Below are positions 33,225 through 42,280 of a stretch of 59,269 nucleotides of DNA, in pieces. The DNA is from Patescibacteria group bacterium. Its GTDB lineage: Bacteria; Patescibacteriota; Patescibacteriia; UBA9934. Positions within the stretch are counted from its first letter, which is position 1. The number at the start of each line of letters is the position of its first letter. The notes under the pieces are model-generated. The model had not been told where the DNA came from, made no database searches, and saw nothing but the letters and a program-made list of their open reading frames with translations. A program made the translations under genes and the position numbers. The DNA lies in NCBI GenBank assembly GCA_018062825.1, contig JAGORL010000003.1, forward strand, positions 138,333 to 197,601, written 5' to 3'.

Positions 33225-33884
33225 CTACTTGGCGGAGGCGACCATCTCCGCCGGTTCCGGCGAGAGGAAGTCCTGCCGGCGGGCGGCGAGCTCCTTCTCG
33301 CGGCTCGAGCGGGCGTTCACGCCGCAGAAGCAGTCGGCGAAGAGGAGGATGTCGCCGTCCTGGAGGTGGCGCTGCAGCATGACATCGTCGCTCGAGAGCC
33401 GGACGAGGTCACCGCGGATCAGGGTCTGGGTGATCTGCTCGACGACCGCGAGGGTCATGGCCTTGTTGATCGAGGTGGCGGTGCAGAACTTGGCCCACTG
33501 AGTGCGCCAAGCGTTGTGCGCCTTGAGCTTCTCGCCATCCATGCGGACGGCGCGCTCGGTGGCACCGATGATGTCGCGGATGCGCGAGTCCAGGAAGAGC
33601 TCGGGCGAGTTCTCGATCACGCACTTGATGGTGATCATGGCGCAGATGGCGGGGTGAGGCCGCATGACGTGCGCGACGATCGCGTTCTTCGCGGCGTCGA
33701 AGCCGCGGGCCACGCGCTTCTTGACGGTGGAGGTGCGGACCCGGGTGGTGACCTGGGTCGTCTCCGGTGCCGGGCGGCGCTCGGAGGGGGTGCGGCTCGG
33801 GCCGCGGTGGCCGTGCGGGAAGGAGCGGGCGTGGGCGGCGTGGTGCGATGCAGTCTGCAAGGGACTCTCCTTGTTGAGTTTCAC
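33225..33884 (-). CDS. Hypothetical protein (about 211-219 aa), G+C-rich orphan with basic His/Arg/Pro-rich N-terminus
   Basis: Very strong GC3 bias in this frame only. The likely true start is TTG 33860, preceded by AAGGAG. The -10 (TGC)TAATGT lies at 33913-33921. Confidence 0.6.
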   Translation of the reverse strand: MKLNKESPLQTASHHAAHARSFPHGHRGPSRTPSERRPAPETTQVTTRVRTSTVKKRVARGFDAAKNAIVAHVMRPHPAICAMITIKCVIENSPELFLDSRIRDIIGATERAVRMDGEKLKAHNAWRTQWAKFCTATSINKAMTLAVVEQITQTLIRGDLVRLSSDDVMLQRHLQDGDILLFADCFCGVNARSSREKELAARRQDFLSPEPAEMVASAK

Positions 33885-33928
33885 GCTTCACCAACCACGG
33901 TAAAGCTCGCGAACATTAGCAGAATATT

Positions 33929-33965
33929 AAAAAAAGAGCAACTCGTGCCGGCGTGGCACGAGTTG
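33929..33965 (-). terminator. Intrinsic terminator after 33971..34249
   Basis: The minus strand reads CAACTCGTGCC-loop-GGCACGAGTTG then CTCTTTTTTT. Confidence 0.75.
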
Positions 33966-33970
33966 GAGCC

Positions 33971-34249
33971 CTATTCGGGGGCGACGGGGGACGATTCAGC
34001 GATCGACCCGAGAGTGGCGCACAGTAGGTAAGCGCCTACGACGCTGAAGCCGAGGATGTTCTGGGTGTTCAGGCTGGCGAGGTCGGCTTGGTGGCAGGCC
34101 AGAAGGATGATGAGTCCGATCGGTGCACCACCAAGTGAACCGAACGTGAAAGCCTTCATGATGGCCTTGTGAGGGACGGGCTGGTCTGCGTGCATTGCTT
34201 CTCGTTGGCGCAAGCGCCGCAAGAATGGATCCATCATGGACGTGATCAC
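33971..34249 (-). CDS. Small membrane protein (92 aa), G+C-rich
   Basis: Two hydrophobic helices (FGSLGGAPIGLIILLAC, ILGFSVVGAYLLCATLG). GAGGTGA SD upstream. Confidence 0.5.
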   Translation of the reverse strand: MITSMMDPFLRRLRQREAMHADQPVPHKAIMKAFTFGSLGGAPIGLIILLACHQADLASLNTQNILGFSVVGAYLLCATLGSIAESSPVAPE

Positions 34250-34263
34250 CTCGTTGTTGTGGG

Positions 34264-34299
34264 AATAAAAACAACCGGACTAGTATGCCCGGTTGTTTT
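34264..34299 (-). terminator. Intrinsic terminator of trpS
   Basis: The minus strand reads AACAACCGG-loop-CCGGTTGTT then TTTATT. Confidence 0.7.
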
Positions 34300-34310
34300 G
34301 TTTTGGTCAA

Positions 34311-35288
34311 TTAGCGTAGACCAAGACGCTCTTTTGCAAGATCGATCGTTTTTTGACTAGCGTGAACGGCTTTTTGTGAGCCTTCGGTGATTATTCTATC
34401 GAGTTCTTCCGGGTGCGTCATTAGTCCCTTGATCTCAGCTTGCATGGGAGTTAAATGCACGATGAGCGCTTCTGCGACGTCGTCTTTTAGGTCTTTCATG
34501 CCCTTGCCTTCATAGCTTGTAGCGATTTTTTCCAGCGATTCACCGGTTATGAGATGGTGAATGGTCAGAAGATTTTTTACGCCAGGGCGATTGTCATCTA
34601 CGGTGATGATTGGTTGAGAATCGGTGACGGCTGAGCGGATTTTCTTACGAATAACATCCGCTTCATCAAGAAGGGCGATGTAGTTTTTGGCGCTACTTGC
34701 GCTTTTGCTCATCTTCTTTTCTGGGTCATCGAGGCCCATGATGCGAGCGCCGACTTTTCCAATCAGGGGTTTTGGTACGGTAAAAGTTTCGCCAAAGTCG
34801 CGATTGAAGCGCTCTGCGAGATCACGGGTAAGTTCTAGATGCTGTTTTTGATCTTCACCGACCGGTACTGCCTCGGTTTGATAAGCGAGAATATCGGCAG
34901 CCATCAGGATTGGGTAGGTGAAGAGGCCAACTGAGACGTTTTCACCTTTGCCCTTTGCTTTATCTTTGAACTGCGTCATGCGTTCAAGTTCTCCGATGCG
35001 AGTTCCTGTTTGTAAGATCCAAGCGAGTTCAGTATGAGATGCTACTTGTGACTGTTGGAACAATACGGTTTTTTTTGGATCGATGCCGGCTGCAAGATAT
35101 GTGGCAGCGACAAAGCGAATATTCTCACGAAGTTTTTTTGGATCTTGCGGCACCGTAATAGCATGAAGGTCAGGGATCATCATGAAAAGTTCATGCTCTT
35201 CTTGCAGGGCGACGGCTGGTAAGAGTGCCCCGAAGTAGTTGCCGATGTGGAGGATGTTTGTTGGTTGAATTCCGGTGAGGACGCGCAT
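34311..35288 (-). CDS. trpS: Tryptophan--tRNA ligase
   Basis: From the ATG at 35288: MRVLTGIQPTNILHIGNYFGA (HIGH-type) and KMSKS (KKMSKSA). Confidence 0.93.
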   Translation of the reverse strand: MRVLTGIQPTNILHIGNYFGALLPAVALQEEHELFMMIPDLHAITVPQDPKKLRENIRFVAATYLAAGIDPKKTVLFQQSQVASHTELAWILQTGTRIGELERMTQFKDKAKGKGENVSVGLFTYPILMAADILAYQTEAVPVGEDQKQHLELTRDLAERFNRDFGETFTVPKPLIGKVGARIMGLDDPEKKMSKSASSAKNYIALLDEADVIRKKIRSAVTDSQPIITVDDNRPGVKNLLTIHHLITGESLEKIATSYEGKGMKDLKDDVAEALIVHLTPMQAEIKGLMTHPEELDRIITEGSQKAVHASQKTIDLAKERLGLR

Positions 35289-35358
35289 ATGGCTCCTATT
35301 GTAGTAGATTTTCTTATGGAAAAGCAAAACACCCCGTGATGAGGTGTTTTTGCTCGCT

Positions 35359-37212
35359 TTAGACTTCAATGAGTACTGGAAGAATCATTGGTCGGCGTTC
35401 TGTTTTCTGGAAGAGGAACTTACCGAGTTCGTCACGGATAATGCCTTTAACATTATCTGGATCAAGTGGGGAGCCTGTGGCTTTATCCATCAAGAGCTTT
35501 TCCAAGTGACGACGCGTGAGACCGATGAATTCTTTATTGTCTTTCATGTGGAGGAAGCCGCGGCTAACGATATCCGGTTGGGTGATAAGCTTGCCAGTTT
35601 TCTTTTCAAACTGAGCAATCACCACGACCATGCCATCTTCAGCGAGTGCCTGACGATCACGCAAGACAACTTGCGAAACGTCACCAACGCCGAGACCGTC
35701 AACGAAGACGTATTCGGTTGGGACTTTTTCTTTGGTAAGAACGCCGCCTGTTGTGCCGTCTGAGAGTTTGGTGAACTCCATCACCTGACCGTTGTCGGCA
35801 ACATAGACGTTTTCATCTTTCCATCCCATCGAGTACGCCACCTCAGCGTTTTCACGCAAAAGGAAGTGGTTGCCTTCAATTGGGGCGTAGTACTTTGGTT
35901 TGAAGAGGGAAAGCATGAGCTTGATATCCTCCTTCATGGCGTGACCACCGGCGTGAACGTCCATGATGTCTTTGTGCAAGACACGAGCGCGCTTGCGGTA
36001 GAACGTATCTTTCAAGCGCTGTACTGAAGCTTCGTTACCCGGAATGACAGAACTTGAGAAGATGATTGTGTCATCACGATCGATCTTTACAAAGCGATGT
36101 TCGTCGCTTGCGATACGCGCAAGAGCGGCGCGCTTTTCACCCTGCGCACCGGTACAGATGATGGTGACTTTATCCGCTGGGTAATTATTCACCTGTTCGA
36201 TCGGGATGATCGATTTTTCACTTACTTTGATATAGCCAAGCTCCTTAGCGATTTCAACGTTCGCTTTCATGGAGTAGCCTTCAAGCGCGATCTTGCGACC
36301 AAGACGCTCTGAGATTTCCATGATTTGCTTTACACGTGAAAGTAGGGAAGCGAAGGTTCCAACGATCACGCGACCGCGAGCCTTTTCAATGATTGAAGCG
36401 AGTTCATCGCCGATCACTTTTTCTGACTTTTGGCTTCCAGCACGATCAGCATTTGTGGAATCTCCCATGAGGAGAAGTACGCCAGCCTCACCAAGGCGAG
36501 CCATTTTGTGGAAGTCAGCAGGTGGGGCGCCTACTGGGTGGAAGTCGTATTTCCAGTCACCCGTGTGACACACGGTACCGACCGGGGTTTCGATCACGAT
36601 ACCAGCAGAGTCTGGGATGTTGTGGTTGATGTGGAAGAAGTGCACTTTGAAAACTCCAAGCTGCAATTCTGTATCAATCGCGATTGTTTTGACGTTTACA
36701 CGGGATGATGGGAAGTCAGTTTGACGCTTTTTGATAATGCCGGCAGCAAGAGGTAGAGCGTAAACTGTTGGGTTGCCGATTTCTGAAACGACGTGCGGAA
36801 TAGCGCCGATGTGGTCATAGTGACCGTGGGTGATAACAACGCCGCGAACGTTTTTCTCTTTACCTTTGAGGTACGAGGTGTTCGGGATGATGTAATCAAC
36901 GCCTGGCATGTCTTCATCTGGGAACTGCAAGCCGAGGTCTACGATTACGATATCGTTTTCGTATTCAATAAGCGTACAGTTGCGGCCGACTTCTTCAAGT
37001 CCGCCAAGAACGATTACACGCAGTTTGCCGGCGTGAAAAGTCTGCTCTGAGATAACTCCCGGAGTAAGAGTATTGATAGCCGTTTCTGGTTTACGAAACG
37101 GGGCGCCATGACTAGCTGGGCGTGGGCGACGTGGGCCGCCTGCGCGTGGGGGTCGTGGACTACTTTGGGGTTTGAAATTACCCATAACAAAACTGTCTAA
37201 ATCTTCATTCAA
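35359..37212 (-). CDS. rnj: Ribonuclease J
   Basis: Metallo-beta-lactamase HGHYDHIG, beta-CASP and C-terminal domain; 617 aa. Includes a roughly 45 aa Pro/Arg-rich N-terminal extension. Confidence 0.9.
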   Translation of the reverse strand: MNEDLDSFVMGNFKPQSSPRPPRAGGPRRPRPASHGAPFRKPETAINTLTPGVISEQTFHAGKLRVIVLGGLEEVGRNCTLIEYENDIVIVDLGLQFPDEDMPGVDYIIPNTSYLKGKEKNVRGVVITHGHYDHIGAIPHVVSEIGNPTVYALPLAAGIIKKRQTDFPSSRVNVKTIAIDTELQLGVFKVHFFHINHNIPDSAGIVIETPVGTVCHTGDWKYDFHPVGAPPADFHKMARLGEAGVLLLMGDSTNADRAGSQKSEKVIGDELASIIEKARGRVIVGTFASLLSRVKQIMEISERLGRKIALEGYSMKANVEIAKELGYIKVSEKSIIPIEQVNNYPADKVTIICTGAQGEKRAALARIASDEHRFVKIDRDDTIIFSSSVIPGNEASVQRLKDTFYRKRARVLHKDIMDVHAGGHAMKEDIKLMLSLFKPKYYAPIEGNHFLLRENAEVAYSMGWKDENVYVADNGQVMEFTKLSDGTTGGVLTKEKVPTEYVFVDGLGVGDVSQVVLRDRQALAEDGMVVVIAQFEKKTGKLITQPDIVSRGFLHMKDNKEFIGLTRRHLEKLLMDKATGSPLDPDNVKGIIRDELGKFLFQKTERRPMILPVLIEV

Positions 37213-37293
37213 TTTTAAGAGTCACAGAATGATCCTGACAGTCGTTTGACGTTGATGTTTGGTATCAACATAAAGCGACTAGCAAAATCTGTT

Positions 37294-37378
37294 TGGTGCG
37301 GATGGGGAGACTCGAACTCCCAAGTCTTGCAACATACGCTTCTGAGACGTACGCGTATACCAGTTCCGCCACATCCGC
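37294..37378 (-). tRNA. tRNA-Leu (anticodon CAG), CCA encoded
   Basis: Manual cloverleaf: acceptor GCGGATG/CATCCGC, anticodon loop CTCAGAA, long variable arm, T-arm GGGAG-TTCGAGT-CTCCC. Confidence 0.9.
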
Positions 37379-37434
37379 ATGGTTGATGCAGGGCTAACAA
37401 TCAGCTGCTAGGGTAGCACGGATGGTGCCTTTGG

Positions 37435-39150
37435 TCAACGTAGCTTAAGGCGTGGCTTAGTGCGAGCATACCACGATTCTATGTCTGCAAAGCGATCGGA
37501 TGGCGTAATGATGCTTGGAATATTTTCACCGTTAATGCTTGCAGAGAGGGCGTAGGTGAAGGTTGGCTGATAGAGGATGATGGCGGCAGCTTGTTCTTCA
37601 ATATTTTGCATGATTACTTCCCACTGAGCTTTTGTTTCTTCTGGGGTAGTGGCTGTTTTGAGTGCATCAAGAGCAGCGTCCGCTTCTGGGTCGCTAAATT
37701 GAGCGATATTGAGTCCAGGATAGGCGCCTTGGCTTGAATGCCAGTAGAGGTATGGGTTTGGGGTAGCGCCGTAGGAGGTTGTTGCTAAAAGTAGATCAAA
37801 TGATCGACTGGCAAGAATATCCGGCTGTAGGCGAGACGGGGCAATTGGTGTGATATTTACGGTTACACCAAGGGGCGACCATTGTTCTTTGAGGGTCTGG
37901 GCAACGCGTAGGAGTTCTGGATCATCAATTGTTACCAGATTGAGGACGAGCTCAACGCTGTCTTTACTGCGAACGCCATTTTCACCCATTTTCCAACCGG
38001 CCAGTTCTAGGGTGGTAGCGGCTTGGGCTGGATTTGCGACGCCAGGATTAGCGGCTTGATCGAACATTCCAGGAAGAATGATAGAAGCGTGTGCGGTGGC
38101 TTGCCCGTCTTTTGCTTGCGTTACCAGGGCAGTTCTATCGGTAGCAAGAGTAAGAGCTTTGCGTACATCAAGTTCCTTGAGGGCGCTTGTTGTTTTAAGG
38201 TTTATGAAAGCTGCTACGTAACGAGACGTTGGTACGTTAATAAGCGTAACGTTTTTATCGTTTTGGAATTTGAGGCTTTCTAGTTGCTCTAAACCGGCAG
38301 CACCTTCAATGTTGCGATTACGTAGAGCGTCGGCTAGCTCTGTGGAATCAAAGAAGAACTTAAAGGTGAGATTTGAGATGTTTGTTTCTTTAACGGCGTT
38401 TGGATTGCGCTTCAGGGTGATGGCCCGAATATTGCCCTTGGAATCGGTAGTAATTTTTTCAAACATGTATGGACCGTTTCCAACGGGTTTCAAGTTTAAT
38501 GCTACGCGCGTAGCATTTTGTGCTGGAATATCACTCCAAAGGTGAGCGGGTAGTAAGCCGGAAGTAAGAGCGTTTAAGAAGTCAGCTCTTGGTTCAGGGA
38601 GAGTGAACGTGACGATGCGATCAGCGGTTGCTTCAACGGTTACTCCCGTGAACTGTGTGATGAGAGGAGAGTTGTATGCTGGGTTTTGGGCGGCGGTGAC
38701 TGTGAAGTACACGTCGTTCGCGGTGATTGGTTCGCCATCGTGCCAGGTGGCGTCTTGGCGAATGGTGGTGGTGTAGATTTTGCCGTCTTCGCTTACCGAG
38801 ACGCTTTCCGCGATATCAGGTACAACGCCCACTCCTGGCTCATAGGCCATGAGTCCTGAGAACACGAGACGAGTGAGATCTGCATCTACATCATTTAGTG
38901 AGGCGTAGAGTGGATTTACAAGGCGAGGAGTGCCTGCTAGGCCTTCCGTGTAGCTTCCGCCAGCGGCTGGGGTCCAGGAGATTTTTTGGCTTCCCTCATG
39001 TAGCGCTGCGCTGACGCCTGTGGTGAGTGCAATAAGAAGCGCGATGCTCACCAGGCGTTTTTCTCCGGTGCTCATGAAGCGCGGAAGTTCTTTCCACTGT
39101 GCAAGTGAGGGTATTTTTCTGCCAGATTTCATGGAGATCACTTGCTGCAT
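37435..39150 (-). CDS. ABC transporter substrate-binding protein, family 5 (peptide/nickel type)
   Basis: About 570 aa with an N-terminal anchor (LVSIALLIALTTGVSAAL) and SBP_bac_5-like length and composition. Start is uncertain: the TTG at 39198 abuts the secG terminator, so the ATG at 39150 is given. Confidence 0.7.
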   Translation of the reverse strand: MQQVISMKSGRKIPSLAQWKELPRFMSTGEKRLVSIALLIALTTGVSAALHEGSQKISWTPAAGGSYTEGLAGTPRLVNPLYASLNDVDADLTRLVFSGLMAYEPGVGVVPDIAESVSVSEDGKIYTTTIRQDATWHDGEPITANDVYFTVTAAQNPAYNSPLITQFTGVTVEATADRIVTFTLPEPRADFLNALTSGLLPAHLWSDIPAQNATRVALNLKPVGNGPYMFEKITTDSKGNIRAITLKRNPNAVKETNISNLTFKFFFDSTELADALRNRNIEGAAGLEQLESLKFQNDKNVTLINVPTSRYVAAFINLKTTSALKELDVRKALTLATDRTALVTQAKDGQATAHASIILPGMFDQAANPGVANPAQAATTLELAGWKMGENGVRSKDSVELVLNLVTIDDPELLRVAQTLKEQWSPLGVTVNITPIAPSRLQPDILASRSFDLLLATTSYGATPNPYLYWHSSQGAYPGLNIAQFSDPEADAALDALKTATTPEETKAQWEVIMQNIEEQAAAIILYQPTFTYALSASINGENIPSIITPSDRFADIESWYARTKPRLKLR

Positions 39151-39305
39151 GGCAAGGTGTGTACCCTGTGGTCGCCCAGTTTCTTTTGTTTTACGCAAAG
39201 TACGAACCGGAGGGGTTCGTTTTTTAAAACTACCTAGGAAGTCTGCAAAGCTTTTTTTAGGTATAGCGTCAAAATCAAACGTGAATCAACATTCACGTTA
39301 TTGAT

Positions 39306-39530
39306 TTAGAAAGTATACAACGTGTTGAGAAGTGCAACGCAGAAAAAGAGGATAGCAACAACAACCGTGAGGCCATGCAGCTTTTTCTCAATGCCACGGC
39401 GCGTGCGGTATACGTTGCCGTCTCCACCAAGGGCAAATCCTGCTCCGCTACCGCGAGCCTGGAGTAATACTGCACCGCAGAGAATAGCGGCAAGGACGAG
39501 TTGGAGAATTGTGAGAATCATAGATATCAC
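39306..39530 (-). CDS. secG: Preprotein translocase subunit SecG
   Basis: 74 aa, two TM helices flanking LLQARGSGAGFALGG...RRGIEKKL, a typical SecG pattern. Confidence 0.8.
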   Translation of the reverse strand: MISMILTILQLVLAAILCGAVLLQARGSGAGFALGGDGNVYRTRRGIEKKLHGLTVVVAILFFCVALLNTLYTF

Positions 39531-39593
39531 GAGCGTATCAGAATACGGGCTATTCGTAAAGGTTTTTGTCTATTTGATACACTGTAGGTAGTT

Positions 39594-40394
39594 ATGGATT
39601 TTTTGGAGGACATTGAGCGAAAATCAGAGGCATTGCCGACTGCTACAAAGCAGGCTTCCGCGCCTATTCAGCGAGCACCTTTTAACGTAGCCGCGCTTTT
39701 TACTGGTTTTATTTTTGTTCTTTTTCTTATCATTGTTATTGGTTTTAGTTGGCAGGTTTTTAGTTATTATCAAAAACTTCAGAAAGGGGCAGTGGTTTTT
39801 GCGCCGGGTACTTACTCTTCTACGGTTGCTTCAACTGATCGCTTAGAGGCGCTTGTTCAAGGGGCTCCTGGTTCTGGCGCCTTGGCAACCACCGATGATC
39901 CGCATATCGGGTCACCGGACGCCGCTATTACCATTGTGGAGTTTGCGGATTTTGGTTGCCCGTACTGCGCTGAGGAGCGATTTGTTCTTGATGCACTTGT
40001 GAAGAAGTATCCGGACGATGTGCGTCTTATTTATCGAGATTTTCCATTAACTGATGTACATCCTGGCGCTGAACTTGCGGCCATGGCGGGGGAGTGCGCT
40101 CAAGAACAAGGGAAGTTCTGGGAGTTTCACGAAGCGCTTTTTGCCGATCAAGGAGTTTTTACACTCGATTCACTTGTAGTCACTGCGCAAGAGGCTGGTT
40201 TGCGAGTATCATTGTATGAGCAGTGCATGACTAGCGGCATTTATGAGGATGAAGTCATGCAGGATTTGGCCGATGGCGTTCAAGCTGGTGTCACCGGTAC
40301 TCCCACCTTTTTTATCAATGGACTTAAAGTAGAAGGAGCGATCCCTTATGGCGTTTTCGACGAACTCATCAAAGCTTTCTTGGCTCAAGAATAG
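39594..40394 (+). CDS. DsbA-family thiol:disulfide oxidoreductase, membrane-anchored
   Basis: Thioredoxin-fold CxxC (FADFGCPYCAEE) and an N-terminal TM helix. Confidence 0.8.
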   Translation: MDFLEDIERKSEALPTATKQASAPIQRAPFNVAALFTGFIFVLFLIIVIGFSWQVFSYYQKLQKGAVVFAPGTYSSTVASTDRLEALVQGAPGSGALATTDDPHIGSPDAAITIVEFADFGCPYCAEERFVLDALVKKYPDDVRLIYRDFPLTDVHPGAELAAMAGECAQEQGKFWEFHEALFADQGVFTLDSLVVTAQEAGLRVSLYEQCMTSGIYEDEVMQDLADGVQAGVTGTPTFFINGLKVEGAIPYGVFDELIKAFLAQE

Positions 40395-41844
40395 TTTTTT
40401 ACTGGTTTTCAGCTTAATCGTTGGCTTGTTTTTTCTTACTTTTTCGGTATCAGCACAGGAGAAAAATTCCTGTACGTGTTTTTGCGGTGATGAAACATTA
40501 GGTGCTCTTAAAACAGATAGTGTTGAGTTTTCTAGCGATCCTGCCACCTGTCAGGAGACTTGTAATGAAGTTGGCACTATCTATATTGGTTGTTATACCC
40601 AACAGGAGCAGTATCCAACGGCTAACAATCTGTGTTGGACGCAAAGTCAGTGTAATAGTTATTCAAAAGAGCGAGCGGGCGTTACGAGTGGCGCTAGTTT
40701 TGGTGGGCAAAGCCCATACTGTGTGCGGCAAGCTGGATCTGGGGCGCCTACTGGGTATTGTTATGCTGATCCGCTGCCTTTAACGCTGAACGTGCCGATT
40801 TTAGGTGTTACCCAGATAGCAAATTTAGCAACCTACGTTAACTTGGTTTATCAGTGGCTTTTGCCGGCGGGTGCCATTATGGCCGTTGTTATGGTCATGA
40901 TTGCGGGTTTTCAGTATGCAACCGCGGGAGGTAATGCCGGGCAGGTGGGTGCTGCTAAGGAGCGTATCTTTCAGGCGCTCATGGGACTTGTGCTTTTGAT
41001 GGGTGCGTACACGATTTTGCGCTTTATTAGTCCTGATCTTGTGAAGCTTGATTTGGCGCGCGTGCCAATGATTAAAGAAGCAGAGGTTATTGATCCAAGT
41101 CTTTCATGCGAGGTCCTTAAGGAGCAGTATGGTTTTAGTGTTACTCCAAGTGGTGGTCAGGAGTGCGGTAATAAGGGGACTATTCAAGCTATACCTGAGG
41201 ATACGAACTCGACATCCTGGAAAGTGGGGGATGAGTGTCAGTATTTAGCTTGCGGTACACCTGGTCAGGCATGCGTTGTGGCAGCTGATGGTACGGGAAC
41301 ATGTGTTTCTTGTGACAATGTAAATGGTATTTGGGGAGAGCTTACACCTTCTGAAACTATTTGTTCTTCTATAGAGTCAACGCTCACGCAACTTGATAAG
41401 AAGAATCAGATTGTTTCTGATCCAAACATGAGAAATGTTTACATGTGTGAGTATTCTTCAGCTTTTGTTACCGCAGATACTTCTTGCATTGCAGTTTACA
41501 GTGACAGCACTACCAAGGCGTTGAATTGTCAGCAGTTGACAACTAACGCTGCTCAGAATCCTGATAACCCTTGCGCGGTTTACGATAAAGTTGTTGTTTC
41601 ACCGGGTAATGGCTTGGCTGTTTCTGTAGAGTTTTCTAATGTCTATGATTTAATTACGGATGTTTGTAATAATGATCCATGTCAGATCGCTGCCAAGTTT
41701 AATAAAGCCGGCTGCGAAATGCAGGAGGCCTCGCAGTCACTTCTGAGTGCGTATGTTGAGGCGAGTACCGGTTATGACTTTGTGCAGTGGTGGAATGGGA
41801 CGGGTTCTGAAGATACGATCTACAATGCTTGCAAGACGAAATAA
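40348..41844 (+). CDS. Cysteine-rich secreted/membrane protein with central TrbC/VirB2-like pilin segment
   Basis: Signal peptide, a CxCxC-containing N-terminal domain, two hydrophobic helices (LLPAGAIMAVVMVMIAGFQY...GLVLLMGAYTILRF) as in VirB2/TrbC pilins, then a Cys-rich C-terminal domain. About 26 Cys by my count. Confidence 0.6.
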   Translation: MAFSTNSSKLSWLKNSFLLVFSLIVGLFFLTFSVSAQEKNSCTCFCGDETLGALKTDSVEFSSDPATCQETCNEVGTIYIGCYTQQEQYPTANNLCWTQSQCNSYSKERAGVTSGASFGGQSPYCVRQAGSGAPTGYCYADPLPLTLNVPILGVTQIANLATYVNLVYQWLLPAGAIMAVVMVMIAGFQYATAGGNAGQVGAAKERIFQALMGLVLLMGAYTILRFISPDLVKLDLARVPMIKEAEVIDPSLSCEVLKEQYGFSVTPSGGQECGNKGTIQAIPEDTNSTSWKVGDECQYLACGTPGQACVVAADGTGTCVSCDNVNGIWGELTPSETICSSIESTLTQLDKKNQIVSDPNMRNVYMCEYSSAFVTADTSCIAVYSDSTTKALNCQQLTTNAAQNPDNPCAVYDKVVVSPGNGLAVSVEFSNVYDLITDVCNNDPCQIAAKFNKAGCEMQEASQSLLSAYVEASTGYDFVQWWNGTGSEDTIYNACKTK

Positions 41845-41845
41845 C

Positions 41846-41877
41846 AAAACTCCCGAGCAATGAAGCTCGGGAGTTTT
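41846..41877. terminator. Bidirectional intrinsic terminator
   Basis: AAAACTCCCGAGC-loop-GCTCGGGAGTTTT between convergent genes. Confidence 0.8.
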
Positions 41878-41880
41878 ATT

Positions 41881-42225
41881 TTACTTAGCAGCGATGAGCT
41901 CTTTGAGCTTGCGGCCGAAGTCTTTGATGAAACCGAGTTTGGCGCGGCGTACTTTGTACACCTTCACGAGCTCGAGTTTCGAAATGGCTGGAGAAGTAAC
42001 AGGGAAGATCTTTTCAACACCGTAGCCGTTTGATTCTTTGCGAATCGTGAAGCTGCGGGAGGCGCCAGCGCCGCGAACGGCGGTGATCATGCCCTCAAAG
42101 ATCTGAACACGCTCGCGTGGCTCACCTTTGGCACTAAGATCCTGAATCTTCTCGTGAAGACGTACGATCATGCCTGGCTTGAGCTCGGCAGCGGTTGTGA
42201 GAGTAGCGTTCATTTGCTCGGTCAT
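41881..42225 (-). CDS. rplS: 50S ribosomal protein L19
   Basis: 114 aa; RVQIFEGMITAVRGAG...FTIRK...GVEKIFP..SP.I..LELV...KVRRAKL. Confidence 0.92.
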   Translation of the reverse strand: MTEQMNATLTTAAELKPGMIVRLHEKIQDLSAKGEPRERVQIFEGMITAVRGAGASRSFTIRKESNGYGVEKIFPVTSPAISKLELVKVYKVRRAKLGFIKDFGRKLKELIAAK

Positions 42226-42280
42226 ACCTTAAAATAGGCTTTACAAGATGGGCGAAGTGTAGCGGAGTTTTATAGACAGG

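Noticed and set aside
33366-34310. ORFs 33366..34031 (+), 33409..33894 (-), 33664..33903 (+) and 33996..34310 (-)
   Set aside because: These are alternative-frame or antisense shadows of the GC3-biased genes 33225..33884 and 33971..34249, with Arg/Gly/Pro/Asp-rich junk translations. 33996..34310 would also run through the trpS terminator.
40348-40394. The identical 47 nt gene overlaps (dsbA/Cys-rich gene at 40348-40394, and DoxX/VKOR at 56306-56352) as a meaningful shared feature
   Set aside because: The overlapping sequences are unrelated, so the equal length looks coincidental. In both cases alternative downstream starts would remove a needed signal peptide or first TM helix, so the overlaps were kept as annotated but not treated as a finding.
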